A stretch of 64,000 nucleotides of DNA, from assembly GCA_946186205.1 (NCBI GenBank), contig CAMHMH010000010.1, positions 2,777-66,776 of the forward strand, written 5' to 3'. Positions 20,609 through 29,263 of this stretch are shown here, in pieces (position 1 is the first letter of the stretch; each line of letters begins with the position of its first letter). The translations under genes were made by a program, and so were the position numbers. The DNA comes from an uncultured Fretibacterium sp. (GTDB lineage Bacteria; Synergistota; Synergistia; Synergistales; Aminobacteriaceae). The notes beneath the pieces were generated by a model. It did no database searches. It saw nothing but the letters and a program-made list of their open reading frames with translations, and was not told the DNA's origin.

Positions 20609-21274
20609 TTACAATTTCCCTTTGTCATTCATGGCCGCGAGAACTGACACTCTCACTTTCTCGCCTAAATCATCATCCATCACATGACCCCAAATCACCT
20701 GCGCTTCAGGGTCTGCTTTCATCTCTATCACGTTTGCCGCGTCTGACATATCTCTTAACATTACTTCCGTTCCTGTTGTTATGTTCACGAGGAATCTTTT
20801 TGCGCCTGAGACATTCCCGCACATTTCGCAGGCGATCTTTGCGGCTGTTCTTGAATCTTCTGCTGTTCCTGCTCCGAAATAAACCGTGCCCGCGTCCCTG
20901 AGTATCTCGTTCACGTCTTCAATGTCGATATTGACGAACCCGGTTTTTGTTACGAGGTCTGAGACTGCCTCAATGATTCTGCGTGAGGAGTCCTCAGTTT
21001 TTCCCGGCGAAAGTATTACAGCGTCAGCAATATCTGAGAGCCTCTTCATGTTCTGGTTCAGCGGATTGATGCTGCCCGATATGCTTCCTGCTGTTACGGA
21101 TTCAGATGCCTTTGCTGACTCTGCGACTCTGATTGCGTCCTTGATGTTTGACTCTGTGATGTTCGTTATGAGTGTGAGACTTGCGTTCTCGGTGAAGCCT
21201 GATCGCCTGAAAGTGTCATGTGTGAATTGAGTCTCTTGATTCCCGGCCATGTCGATAATTTTGAAGTCGTCCAT
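20609..21274 (-). CDS. Degenerate FtsZ-like protein lacking the GGGTG(S/T)G nucleotide-binding signature
   Basis: FVNIDIEDVNEILRDAGTVYFGAGTAEDSRTAAKIACEMC...AKRFLVNITTGTEVMLRDMSDAANVIE...VIWGHVMDDDLGEKVRVSVLAAM parallels the T7-loop to C-terminal domain of FtsZ. The position of the G-box reads LITNITESNIKDAIRVAE. AGGAGGA Shine-Dalgarno upstream. Confidence 0.65.
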   Translation of the reverse strand: MDDFKIIDMAGNQETQFTHDTFRRSGFTENASLTLITNITESNIKDAIRVAESAKASESVTAGSISGSINPLNQNMKRLSDIADAVILSPGKTEDSSRRIIEAVSDLVTKTGFVNIDIEDVNEILRDAGTVYFGAGTAEDSRTAAKIACEMCGNVSGAKRFLVNITTGTEVMLRDMSDAANVIEMKADPEAQVIWGHVMDDDLGEKVRVSVLAAMNDKGKL

Positions 21275-21340
21275 AATGATTCGTCCTCCTGAAATTTTTG
21301 CAGCAATAATACAACGAGGCAGCGAAAAATTAAGGTGCTG

Positions 21341-21368
21341 TAAAAATTTCCGCGCTGAAATCCGAAAC
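21341..21368 (+). promoter_or_regulatory. Candidate sigma-28 (FliA)-type promoter for flagellin
   Basis: TAAA-N16-TCCGAAAC about 45 nt upstream of the flagellin ATG. This is a loose match to TAAA-N15-GCCGATAA. Confidence 0.3.
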
Positions 21369-21411
21369 TCAAAACGGAGCTATAACTTTCAGCAGGAGGC
21401 AGAAAATTATC

Positions 21412-23253
21412 ATGATGATAGGGAATACAGCGAACACCATCAGCATGGCATATAAGAACCTCACAGCCACGAACAAAGCAATGGAGAACACATCACGCGC
21501 GCTTTCAACGGGGCTTCGTGCGGCAACGGCGGCTGATGATGCGGCAGGTTTCGCGATGGGTATAGCTATGTCGGCGCAGGTGGCGGGAGTCGACAGGGCG
21601 ATACGAAACTCACAGGACGGTATATCAATGCTCCAGACAGCAGAAGGAGGACTCAGCCGTATAAACTCGGTGCTTCAGAGAATGAGAGAGCTTGCAGTTC
21701 AGGCGGCGAATGATTCTCTCACTGCCCAGGACAGAAGCTACATACAGGCGGAAATTGACGAACTCGCAAAAGGAGTCGACAGCGCGGCGGCAAGCACTAC
21801 ATTCAACGGAAAAAGGCTGCTTGACGGAAGCTCGACGGCTCAATGGACATCAGACAACGCGGCAACAAGCCTCAAAATCACGGGGGCAATCACGATCACA
21901 GACGAGTACGGCCAGAAGAAAGCCACCGAAGGAAACTACAGAATCGAAATACGCGCAAAGCCGGGGCAGGGCCAGGTTCAGAAAACAAATATCATTGAGC
22001 TTGAGTCACTTGAAGAGACAATCACGACTGAGACAGCACCGAAACGGGACAAGGACGGAAATATTATCACTGACAGCAGCGGGAATCCTGTAGAAGTCAG
22101 CGTTTCAGTTTCAGAGAAGAGGCTTCACCCTGCGACCCTCGAAAAAATAAAATCCTTCACGAACGCAAGCGGAGTATCATACTTCACAGAGCCTCAGACA
22201 ATACGAATAACTCAGGGCGACGGAAAAACCGCAAGCATTGTAGTTTACGGAGGAGATACAGTTTACGATGTCAGGCGGAAGATTAATGATGCGATTGCAG
22301 ATGACTTAGGGCAGGGGAAATATGTCGACAACCGTGAAAACTTCTGCACAATTTCTGACGGGACTCCCCAGACTTCAGAAGCCGTTTCAACAAAGAACCC
22401 TTCACTTACACCCTACAAAGACATGCAGGAGCTTACTTACGAGCGCGACGCTGACGGAAAATTAATACTTGATTCGGACGGTAGGCCAAAGGAAATTTAT
22501 ACCCCCGTGCAGTCTGAAAAGGGAACAATCATAATACGCAGCGCAGTGGCAGGGAAGGCCGGTGAGCTCACATTCAGCTCCGACAATGAATCGCTTATTG
22601 CCGCTCTGGGACTCAATACGATTCAGCAGGCAGAAGAAAATACATTCACCGCATCAGTGTATGACTCTCATACTGGCAAAGTGCTCGCGAAGAACGCCCA
22701 GACAGACGGAAATGTAATCACAGGAATCATTCACCCGAACGCTAATGTAGAGTTCGACAACATGGCAAACGTAAAAGTCTCGTGGTCTGAGACATCAAAA
22801 CGCTACGTAATGGAAGGCGACACATCAGCATATGAGACAACGCTTCACATCAAGGACAACAGCACGGCATTCCAGATCGGGCAGGGGCGCGGAGAAGATA
22901 TATACATCAACATCGGGGACATGAGGCCGGAAGCGCTCGGCATACATTCAGTTGACGTTACTACGAGGGAGAATGCCTCAAGGTCAATCAGCATACTTGA
23001 CGCGGCAATACATAAAGTCAGCGTTCAGCGTTCAAAACTGGGCTCATACCAAAACGAACTGGAGTACAACACGAACAGCCTAACGGAGACGAGCTTCCAG
23101 TTGCAAAACTCGGAGAGCAGGCTCAAAGATGCTGACATGGCGTTGAAGTACATGGATTTTGTGAAGCTGCAAATTCTGAGTCAGACCGGGAACTCAATGC
23201 TTTCACAGGCGAATCAGAATGCCCAGTCTATAATGAGGGTAATGAATTTCTAG
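21412..23253 (+). CDS. fliC: Flagellin (long form with a large variable central domain)
   Basis: Conserved N-terminal (LSTGLRAATAADDAAGFAMG...SMLQTAEGGL...LQRMRELAVQAAND) and C-terminal (RSKLGSYQNELEYN...ILSQTGNSMLSQANQNAQSIMRVMNF) flagellin domains. AGGAGG Shine-Dalgarno upstream. Confidence 0.95.
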   Translation: MMIGNTANTISMAYKNLTATNKAMENTSRALSTGLRAATAADDAAGFAMGIAMSAQVAGVDRAIRNSQDGISMLQTAEGGLSRINSVLQRMRELAVQAANDSLTAQDRSYIQAEIDELAKGVDSAAASTTFNGKRLLDGSSTAQWTSDNAATSLKITGAITITDEYGQKKATEGNYRIEIRAKPGQGQVQKTNIIELESLEETITTETAPKRDKDGNIITDSSGNPVEVSVSVSEKRLHPATLEKIKSFTNASGVSYFTEPQTIRITQGDGKTASIVVYGGDTVYDVRRKINDAIADDLGQGKYVDNRENFCTISDGTPQTSEAVSTKNPSLTPYKDMQELTYERDADGKLILDSDGRPKEIYTPVQSEKGTIIIRSAVAGKAGELTFSSDNESLIAALGLNTIQQAEENTFTASVYDSHTGKVLAKNAQTDGNVITGIIHPNANVEFDNMANVKVSWSETSKRYVMEGDTSAYETTLHIKDNSTAFQIGQGRGEDIYINIGDMRPEALGIHSVDVTTRENASRSISILDAAIHKVSVQRSKLGSYQNELEYNTNSLTETSFQLQNSESRLKDADMALKYMDFVKLQILSQTGNSMLSQANQNAQSIMRVMNF

Positions 23254-23268
23254 CAGTCGGCAAAAAAA

Positions 23269-23321
23269 TAGCGGTTCATGTTGAGGGAATAAACCTTCAG
23301 CACAAGCCGCTAAAATTTTTT
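23269..23321. terminator. Possible bidirectional terminator between convergent flagellin and hemB
   Basis: TAGCGG...CCGCTA stem with a long loop, flanked by A7 upstream and T6 downstream. Confidence 0.35.
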
Positions 23322-23329
23322 GTGTTAAT

Positions 23330-24304
23330 CTACAGTGAGCCTTCACGCATCCATTCGGCAAGCTCAAGGGCATAATACGTGATAATAATATCCGCGCCGG
23401 CCCTCGCAATACACACGGCAGACTCGCAGGCAATATTCTTTTCATTGAGCCAACCATTTGAACAAGCAGCCTTCATCATTGAGTATTCACCGCTCACACA
23501 ATAGGACGCTACCGGGATATTCACGGAAGATTTCACGGTCTTCAGCACATCAAGGTAGGGCAGTCCCGGCTTCACTATGATGATGTCGGAGCCTTCTTCA
23601 GCGTCAAGCAATGCTTCCTTCACGGCCTCGCGAACGTTGCGGGGATCCATCTGGTAAGTCTTCCTGTCTCCGAACGAGGGAGCAGAACCGGCAGCTTCCC
23701 TGAAAGGCCCGTAAAAAGCACTCGCATACTTCACAGCGTAGGACATAATCAGAGTGTCAGTCATTCCCGCATTATCGAGAGACTCACGAATCGCCCGCGT
23801 ATGTCCGTCCATCATGTCGGAAGGCGCAACAATATCCGCTCCCGCCTGAGCCTGTGAGACTGCAACACGCGCTAATATCTCAAGCGTTGAGTCATTGTCG
23901 ACGTTATTACCCTTCAGGAGTCCGCAATGTCCGTGTGATGTATATTCGCAGAGACACACATCACCGATCAGAGTCAGTCCGGGAAATTCTTTCTTTGCCG
24001 TTCGTATTGCTGTCTGAATTACGCCGTCTTCACGCCACGCAGAAGAGCCTGTTTCATCTTTTTGTTCAGGAATCCCAAACAGTAACACGCCTCCTATTTT
24101 CGCATTCACGGCGCGTTCGAGTATCACGGGCAACATGTCGGGGCTGTAACGTTTCTGACCGGGCATCGCGGGAATGTCCTCGATGATATTTTTCCCTTCA
24201 CGGACAAAAACAGGATAGATTAACATTGAGGGAGCTAAACGAGTCTCGCTTGTCATGTCGCGTATTGCCTGAGTGACTCGCAGCCTTCTCGGACGTATCA
24301 TCAT
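23330..24304 (-). CDS. hemB: Porphobilinogen synthase (delta-aminolevulinic acid dehydratase)
   Basis: 324 aa. RPRRLR N-terminal motif, active-site-like regions (DVCLCEYTSHGHCG, IIIVKPGLPYLD) and typical HemB length. Confidence 0.9.
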   Translation of the reverse strand: MMIRPRRLRVTQAIRDMTSETRLAPSMLIYPVFVREGKNIIEDIPAMPGQKRYSPDMLPVILERAVNAKIGGVLLFGIPEQKDETGSSAWREDGVIQTAIRTAKKEFPGLTLIGDVCLCEYTSHGHCGLLKGNNVDNDSTLEILARVAVSQAQAGADIVAPSDMMDGHTRAIRESLDNAGMTDTLIMSYAVKYASAFYGPFREAAGSAPSFGDRKTYQMDPRNVREAVKEALLDAEEGSDIIIVKPGLPYLDVLKTVKSSVNIPVASYCVSGEYSMMKAACSNGWLNEKNIACESAVCIARAGADIIITYYALELAEWMREGSL

Positions 24305-25281
24305 TGCTTCATTGCCTCCAGTCCGTCAGAAAGATATACAGATGGTTCATACTTGAGAATCTCACGGGCATATTCGATTGACGCTGACGAGTGAAGAATA
24401 TCGCCCTCACGCGGAGACTCATAGACAGCTTTCACTTCATGGCCGGGAGAAAAGACCGCGTAAATTTTCGCAAGCAGTTCATTTAGTGTGGTCTCGACTC
24501 CGCAGCCAATGTTGAAGACTCTGCCGCTTGAGTCAGGACTCATTGCCGCGAGAATATTAGCCTTCACGACATTCTGAACAGCGCAGAAATCTCTTGACTG
24601 TTTGCCGTCGCCATATATCACCGGGATTTCGCCGGAAGTAACAGCACTGATCCATTTCGGAATCACAGCAGCGTATGCGCCTTTGGGATCCTGTCTCACT
24701 CCGAACACGTTGAAATATCGCAGGCCTGTGCATTCAAGTCCGTAAACCCTCGTGTAAAACTCCGCGCATAATTCATTGATGTATTTCGTGAGCGCGTAAG
24801 GGGATAAAGATTTTCCGGTTGACGATTCAACTTTGGGCATTGTCTCATCATCTCCGTACACCGCGCTTGACGTGGCATATACGACCTTTCGGACTCCGTT
24901 GCTCCTCGCTGCCTCAAGAATATTCATGAAGCCCGACGCATTATCATCAAAACATTTCGCGGGATCTTTCATTGAAGCCGGGACTGAGACGAACGCGGCA
25001 TGATGAAGAACGTAATCGATGCCATTCATGACCCGGTTGCAGATCTCGGAGTCGTTAATGCTTCCTTCTGTGAACGCAAAATTTTCCGGGTGTCCTGACG
25101 CTTTAACGGCCATGTCTATATTGTGCTGATAACCTGTGCTGAAGTTATCGAGTCCCGTAACTTTCTGGCCGATTGAGAGCAATGCTTCCGTTAAGTGCGA
25201 GCCGATAAAACCTCCCGCGCCGGTAACAAGCCAGTGATATTTGCCGTCAACAGGAGGCAGAATTTTTTCGTAGTCTGTCAT
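24301..25281 (-). CDS. SDR-family NAD-dependent sugar epimerase (UDP-GlcNAc/UDP-hexose 4-epimerase-like, WbpP/TviC-type)
   Basis: GAGGFIGSHL Rossmann motif and YALTK (YxxxK) catalytic motif. 4-nt ATGA overlap with hemB. Confidence 0.8.
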   Translation of the reverse strand: MTDYEKILPPVDGKYHWLVTGAGGFIGSHLTEALLSIGQKVTGLDNFSTGYQHNIDMAVKASGHPENFAFTEGSINDSEICNRVMNGIDYVLHHAAFVSVPASMKDPAKCFDDNASGFMNILEAARSNGVRKVVYATSSAVYGDDETMPKVESSTGKSLSPYALTKYINELCAEFYTRVYGLECTGLRYFNVFGVRQDPKGAYAAVIPKWISAVTSGEIPVIYGDGKQSRDFCAVQNVVKANILAAMSPDSSGRVFNIGCGVETTLNELLAKIYAVFSPGHEVKAVYESPREGDILHSSASIEYAREILKYEPSVYLSDGLEAMKQ

Positions 25282-25784
25282 TTCTCGATAGCTGTGATTC
25301 TGAGTCTCCGTGTTCCTCTCGGTATCCTCACGACTACTTCATCGCCTACAACATGTCCGCTTACTGCCTGGCCTACGGGACTCTTCTGTGAGATTCTCTG
25401 AATGCCTGAAGCTGATACTGCCGCCCCGGATAATTCCTCAGAGCCTACAATTTCGTACGTGTAAATTTTTCCCTCGTGATCCAAATCCTTAATGCTGACT
25501 CTGAGTCCGACTCCTGCCTTCGTTGTGTCGAGTTTGTCCTCGTCAATCACTGTTACTTTGCTCAGTGTCTCTTCAAGGTCGTGTATCCTGTCTTCGAGTT
25601 TTGCCTGCTCCTCTTTTGCAGCCGCGTACTCTGCATTCTCGCTCAAATCTCCGAACGCTCGCGCTTCCTCAAGCTGCTTGGCAACCTCGAGCCTTCTCGC
25701 TGTTCGCAGGTGAGTCAATTCCTCGGACAGTCTTTCGTAACCGCTTCTTGTCATTTCGTGAACGTCATTTTTTTTCACGGGCAT
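25278..25784 (-). CDS. greA: Transcription elongation factor GreA
   Basis: Coiled-coil N-terminus with AFGDLSENAEYAAAKEEQ and a C-terminal FKBP-like domain. 168 aa. Overlaps the epimerase start. Confidence 0.9.
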   Translation of the reverse strand: MPVKKNDVHEMTRSGYERLSEELTHLRTARRLEVAKQLEEARAFGDLSENAEYAAAKEEQAKLEDRIHDLEETLSKVTVIDEDKLDTTKAGVGLRVSIKDLDHEGKIYTYEIVGSEELSGAAVSASGIQRISQKSPVGQAVSGHVVGDEVVVRIPRGTRRLRITAIEK

Positions 25785-27320
25785 GATTTTTTCACCTTCA
25801 CATTAGATTTTCATATTGTTTGCTAAAATACAGCGGCATTATTTTACACGAAAGGCGGCAATTACTAATGGCACAGTACGACAGCTGCACGCCATACGCG
25901 GCGGGAGTCGGCGGCATTGAGTCGGTCAATACACTCTTCCGCAAAGTCTATCAGTAAATGACACTCGGATTAGTCCTCACGTCAATAACAGCGTGGATCA
26001 CAGTAGCAAGCCCGGCAATGATTCGATTCTTCTACGGCTCACGCGCTCCGTTAATCATTGCGGCAATCGCGGAGTTAGGACTCGTGTTTTACCTCAGCGC
26101 GACGATTGCGAAACATGACGCTTCAACATCACTATTGCTTTTCGGACTCTACAGCGTGCTTAACGGCATAACGATTTCATGTGTACTTCTCGTCTACACA
26201 CAGGAGAGCGTATACACGGCGTTTTTGTCGACGGCGGGAATGTTCGGTGCAATGAGCGTGTATGCTATGTACACGAAGCGCGACATTACGACACGGGGAA
26301 GTTTCTTGCTTATGGGACTCTGCGGACTGATTATCGCGATGGTGATTAACATGTTGGTGGGGTCATCGGCGACTGTAACTGTGATAAGTGTGATAGGCAT
26401 AATAATATTCACTGTCTTGACGGCGTATGACACCGCGAAAATAAAATCGCTTGCTGAAGATTCCGACATGAATAATTCAAGAACATAATAATACCCACTC
26501 GTCATTTTGGCTGAGGGGGTAATTTTTTTTTGTGGCTGAATATAATTCTAGTTTCTCAAGCTGTGAACAGACAATCTCTCTTAACCGCTGCGGGTTATTT
26601 CACGGACATCATTTTTCTTCACTGCCGAGATTTTTCACCTTTCACATTAGAATTTCATAATCTCTGCTAGAATATGGCCGTAATATTTTACATGAAAAAG
26701 GGAGATTACATTATGGCACAATACGACAGCTATACGCCATACGCGGCGGGAGTCGGCAGCATTGAGTCGGTCAATACACTTTTCCGCAAAGTCTATCAGT
26801 ATATGGCACTCGGATTAATCCTCACATCATTAACAGCATGGATCACAGTAGCAAGCCCGGCAATGATTCGATTCTTCTACGGCTCACGCGCTCCGTTAAT
26901 CATTGCGGCAATCGCGGAGTTAGGACTCGTGTTTTACCTCAGCGCGACGATTGCGAAACATGACGCTTCAACATCACTATTGCTTTTCGGACTCTACAGT
27001 GTGCTTAACGGGATAACGATTTCATGTGTACTTCTCGTTTACACACAGGAGAGCGTATACACGGCGTTTTTGTCGACGGCGGGAATGTTCAGTGCAATGA
27101 GCCTGTATGCTATGTACACTAAGCGCGACATTACGGCATGGGGAAGTTTCCTTCACATGGGACTCTGGGGACTCATCATTGCGATGGTGATTAATATATT
27201 CTTGGGTTCGTCGACGGCTGAGACAGTCATAAGCGTGATGGGCATCATAATTTTCATGGGCCTGACTGCTTACGACACTGCGAAAATAAAATCAATCGCT
27301 GAAAGCTCCGGCATGAATGA
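25741..27320 (+). repeat. Tandem duplication (~845-bp period) covering the promoter/5' region and most of the BAX-inhibitor-1 gene
   Basis: 25741-26475 aligns with 26584-27320. Long stretches are almost base-identical, for example 25990-26260 against 26835-27105. The ATGs at 25868 and 26713 are 845 nt apart. Confidence 0.85.
25868..26488 (+). pseudogene. BAX inhibitor-1/YccA family gene copy with a premature TAA and a truncated C-terminus
   Basis: Reads MAQYDSCTPYAAGVGGIESVNTLFRKVYQ then TAA (25955-25957), where the intact copy has TAT (Tyr). It also lacks the last TM helix present in copy 2. Confidence 0.75.
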
Positions 27321-27429
27321 TGATGAGGCAATCGGAAAAGTTGCGGTGATCGGCGCGCTTGCGTTGTACTTGGACTTCATCAACCTGTTCTTGTACCTGA
27401 TAAAACTTTTCGGGAAGAGAAGAGACTAG
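26713..27429 (+). CDS. BAX inhibitor-1/YccA family membrane protein (intact copy)
   Basis: 238 aa and 7-TM-like. N-terminus MAQYDSYTPYAAG preceded by AAAAAGGGAG. The C-terminal GALALYLDFINLFLYLIKLFG is typical of the family. Confidence 0.85.
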   Translation: MAQYDSYTPYAAGVGSIESVNTLFRKVYQYMALGLILTSLTAWITVASPAMIRFFYGSRAPLIIAAIAELGLVFYLSATIAKHDASTSLLLFGLYSVLNGITISCVLLVYTQESVYTAFLSTAGMFSAMSLYAMYTKRDITAWGSFLHMGLWGLIIAMVINIFLGSSTAETVISVMGIIIFMGLTAYDTAKIKSIAESSGMNDDEAIGKVAVIGALALYLDFINLFLYLIKLFGKRRD

Positions 27430-27444
27430 AAAGAATACGAGAAA

Positions 27445-27480
27445 TCCCCCCGGTGAAAGTGCCGAGGGGAATTTTTTTTT
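27445..27480. terminator. Rho-independent terminator between convergent genes
   Basis: TCCCCCCGG-tgaaagtg-CCGAGGGGA hairpin followed by T9. Confidence 0.6.
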
Positions 27481-27507
27481 ACGTTTTTTGCGCTGGTGAT
27501 TCATTCG

Positions 27508-27675
27508 TTAGTCGTCTGAGTCCGACCTGTCGCGGAGACCGTTTCTCCACATGTCGGCTTTGTCCCGAAGCTCGCGCCTTTTCTCATCACTGAGTCTTGT
27601 ATCTCTCGAATATTTGTCGAACGTATCGGCAATCGGTCCGCTTGCGCGGGATAAAAAGTCATTGAGCAATCCCAT
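27508..27675 (-). CDS. Small hypothetical protein (55 aa)
   Basis: ATG lies 6 nt after GGGGGTG. Charged, helical-looking sequence MGLLNDFLSRASGPIADTFDKYSRDTRLSDEKRRELRDKADMWRNGLRDRSDSDD. Confidence 0.45.
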   Translation of the reverse strand: MGLLNDFLSRASGPIADTFDKYSRDTRLSDEKRRELRDKADMWRNGLRDRSDSDD

Positions 27676-27773
27676 TTTCTTCACCCCCTTGCCTTGTATA
27701 ATTGCGTCAATCTTAATCACACACTCAAAGAAAATCGAATGCATTTGATTCACACAAAAGGGAGCGTATATTC

Positions 27774-29039
27774 ATGGCCAACTTCAGACTCACACGCCAG
27801 CAAATGAACAGGCTGAAATTTCGTTTTGAGCAGTTCCGTAATGCAAGGCTTCAAGTTCACAGGCTCATGAAGGAATACATTGACGACTACAAAAACTTTC
27901 AGGGAGACTCCTCAGACCGCCAGGAATATTTAGAGGGAAAATACATCATGCTTGCTCCGTCTCACAGCCACATAAAATTTGACGGTGAAGAGATTGTCCT
28001 ATGGTCGCCGGATGATATAGCACTCTTGACCGGGCGGAGGCAGTCAACAATATCGCGAGTGCTTCAACGAATGCAACGGAGTCCGGGATGGCGTTCAAGG
28101 CTCGCGGCTCTCAGCGTCGACTCAATGTCCGGGAACAACAACAAGGTTTACATTTATCGGAGCGGAATATTTGATCTCATATTCGACAAGTACGAGGAAG
28201 AATATTTAGCACGTTACACACGGCCGCGCAGGGGAAATTCTGTCGACTCAAAAGAGGTCTTGCGCTTCTGGAATTATCTCAAGGACTCAAATTGTCATGA
28301 TGAGTATGACTCTTACAGCCTGAGAGTCTCAGAGGCTGAACAAAATGATGCTGATGATTTTCCGCCAATGTCATTGAAAGATATTGCCATGTTAATTTTC
28401 AGGAAGATACTAACGCCAAAGACAGGAATAATTTTCCCGGTGATATTCGCCGTAACTCTCGCGGTTGTCAGAAGATGGCCGGCAATGATTCCGATCCTCG
28501 CAATAATTTCTGTGATTGTGATTCCCGTTTGCGCTGTGATGATTCGGACTCATCGGTTCAGAATCGGAGTCGCGTCAGACATCGGGGCGGTCGCGTTACT
28601 GTGCGGCGTATTCTTGGGCGTTGCTTCATTCTCGGACGGAGTAATCTACACTCCCGGCGGAAATGCTGTAGAGCTTTACGAACACGAACGGAGCATTGAG
28701 CTTTACGCTGACATGTGGAGGAATGGCCGCGTGTTTTTCCGTGTGATCTCTGACAAGTATGAAGGCATCAAGGAAGTATTCTTCAGAGTGAATGAGGGCG
28801 AATACAAATCGACGGGCTTCAATGAGTATCATTATCCTGTATTGATGATTGAGCCTGAGACACAGCACGGTGATATTAGCATTGAGGTGAAGTATATTGA
28901 CGCTCGCAACAAAGAGTACGGGCCGTATAAATTTGTGTTTGATGTTGACGGTGAGAGGGAGAAACTAAAACGCAAAGCGGAAAATGACAGGCAGGAGTTC
29001 AAGCGCGAAAAGAAAGAAAAGAGCAAAAACAAAAAGTAA
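27774..29039 (+). CDS. Hypothetical membrane protein with an N-terminal HTH-like segment and a K/E-rich tail
   Basis: 421 aa. DIALLTGRRQSTISRVLQRM looks like an HTH. About three TM helices in the middle (residues ~215-300). C-terminal domain and KEKKEKSKNKK tail. Confidence 0.5.
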   Translation: MANFRLTRQQMNRLKFRFEQFRNARLQVHRLMKEYIDDYKNFQGDSSDRQEYLEGKYIMLAPSHSHIKFDGEEIVLWSPDDIALLTGRRQSTISRVLQRMQRSPGWRSRLAALSVDSMSGNNNKVYIYRSGIFDLIFDKYEEEYLARYTRPRRGNSVDSKEVLRFWNYLKDSNCHDEYDSYSLRVSEAEQNDADDFPPMSLKDIAMLIFRKILTPKTGIIFPVIFAVTLAVVRRWPAMIPILAIISVIVIPVCAVMIRTHRFRIGVASDIGAVALLCGVFLGVASFSDGVIYTPGGNAVELYEHERSIELYADMWRNGRVFFRVISDKYEGIKEVFFRVNEGEYKSTGFNEYHYPVLMIEPETQHGDISIEVKYIDARNKEYGPYKFVFDVDGEREKLKRKAENDRQEFKREKKEKSKNKK

Positions 29040-29128
29040 ACCGTGAAGGGAAAATTTTCTGTGATAAAATAGGGGCGGCGGTGAGGGAGCTAGCATGACC
29101 CCTAACGCCATGAAACAAACACCCACGA

Positions 29129-29263
29129 TTAACGGGTGAACCAGTCAATTAACAACAAGACTGTTTTCACGATCCAGAATACGGCAGCGGCGATTTTGTC
29201 AATCCGGTCAAGGAAAGTCCGCCGCTGTTTTTTTCCGGCTTTGCGCGTAACCTTTTTAGGCAT
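29129..29263 (-). CDS. Small basic/hydrophobic protein (44 aa)
   Basis: MPKKVTRKAGKKQRRTFLDRIDKIAAAVFWIVKTVLLLIDWFTR. GAGGTG lies 6 nt before the ATG. A second degenerate copy 220 bp away differs mostly at synonymous third positions in this frame. TGgTATAAT extended -10 upstream, on the minus strand near 29343-29351. Confidence 0.55.
   Translation of the reverse strand: MPKKVTRKAGKKQRRTFLDRIDKIAAAVFWIVKTVLLLIDWFTR

Noticed and set aside
25476-25826. Several 60-170-aa ORFs lie antisense or out of frame within strong genes. Examples are 25476-25826 in greA, 16691-17338 across the nuclease/WYL genes, 7220-7990 and 8173-8557 in the surface-protein gene, 33048-33426 and 34429-34731 in the GTPase operon, and 12103-12348 in the RND gene.
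   Set aside because: They have no Shine-Dalgarno, show low-complexity or biased composition typical of shadow ORFs, and fully overlap ORFs with clear family signatures.
29184-29236. The hairpin CAGCGGCG...CGCCGCTG plus T7 could have been simply the terminator of the 27774-29039 gene.
   Set aside because: This is only partly rejected. It may still terminate plus-strand transcription. However, the loop is about 29 nt, and the second copy differs mainly by synonymous changes in the minus-strand frame, so a coding small ORF explains the conservation better.
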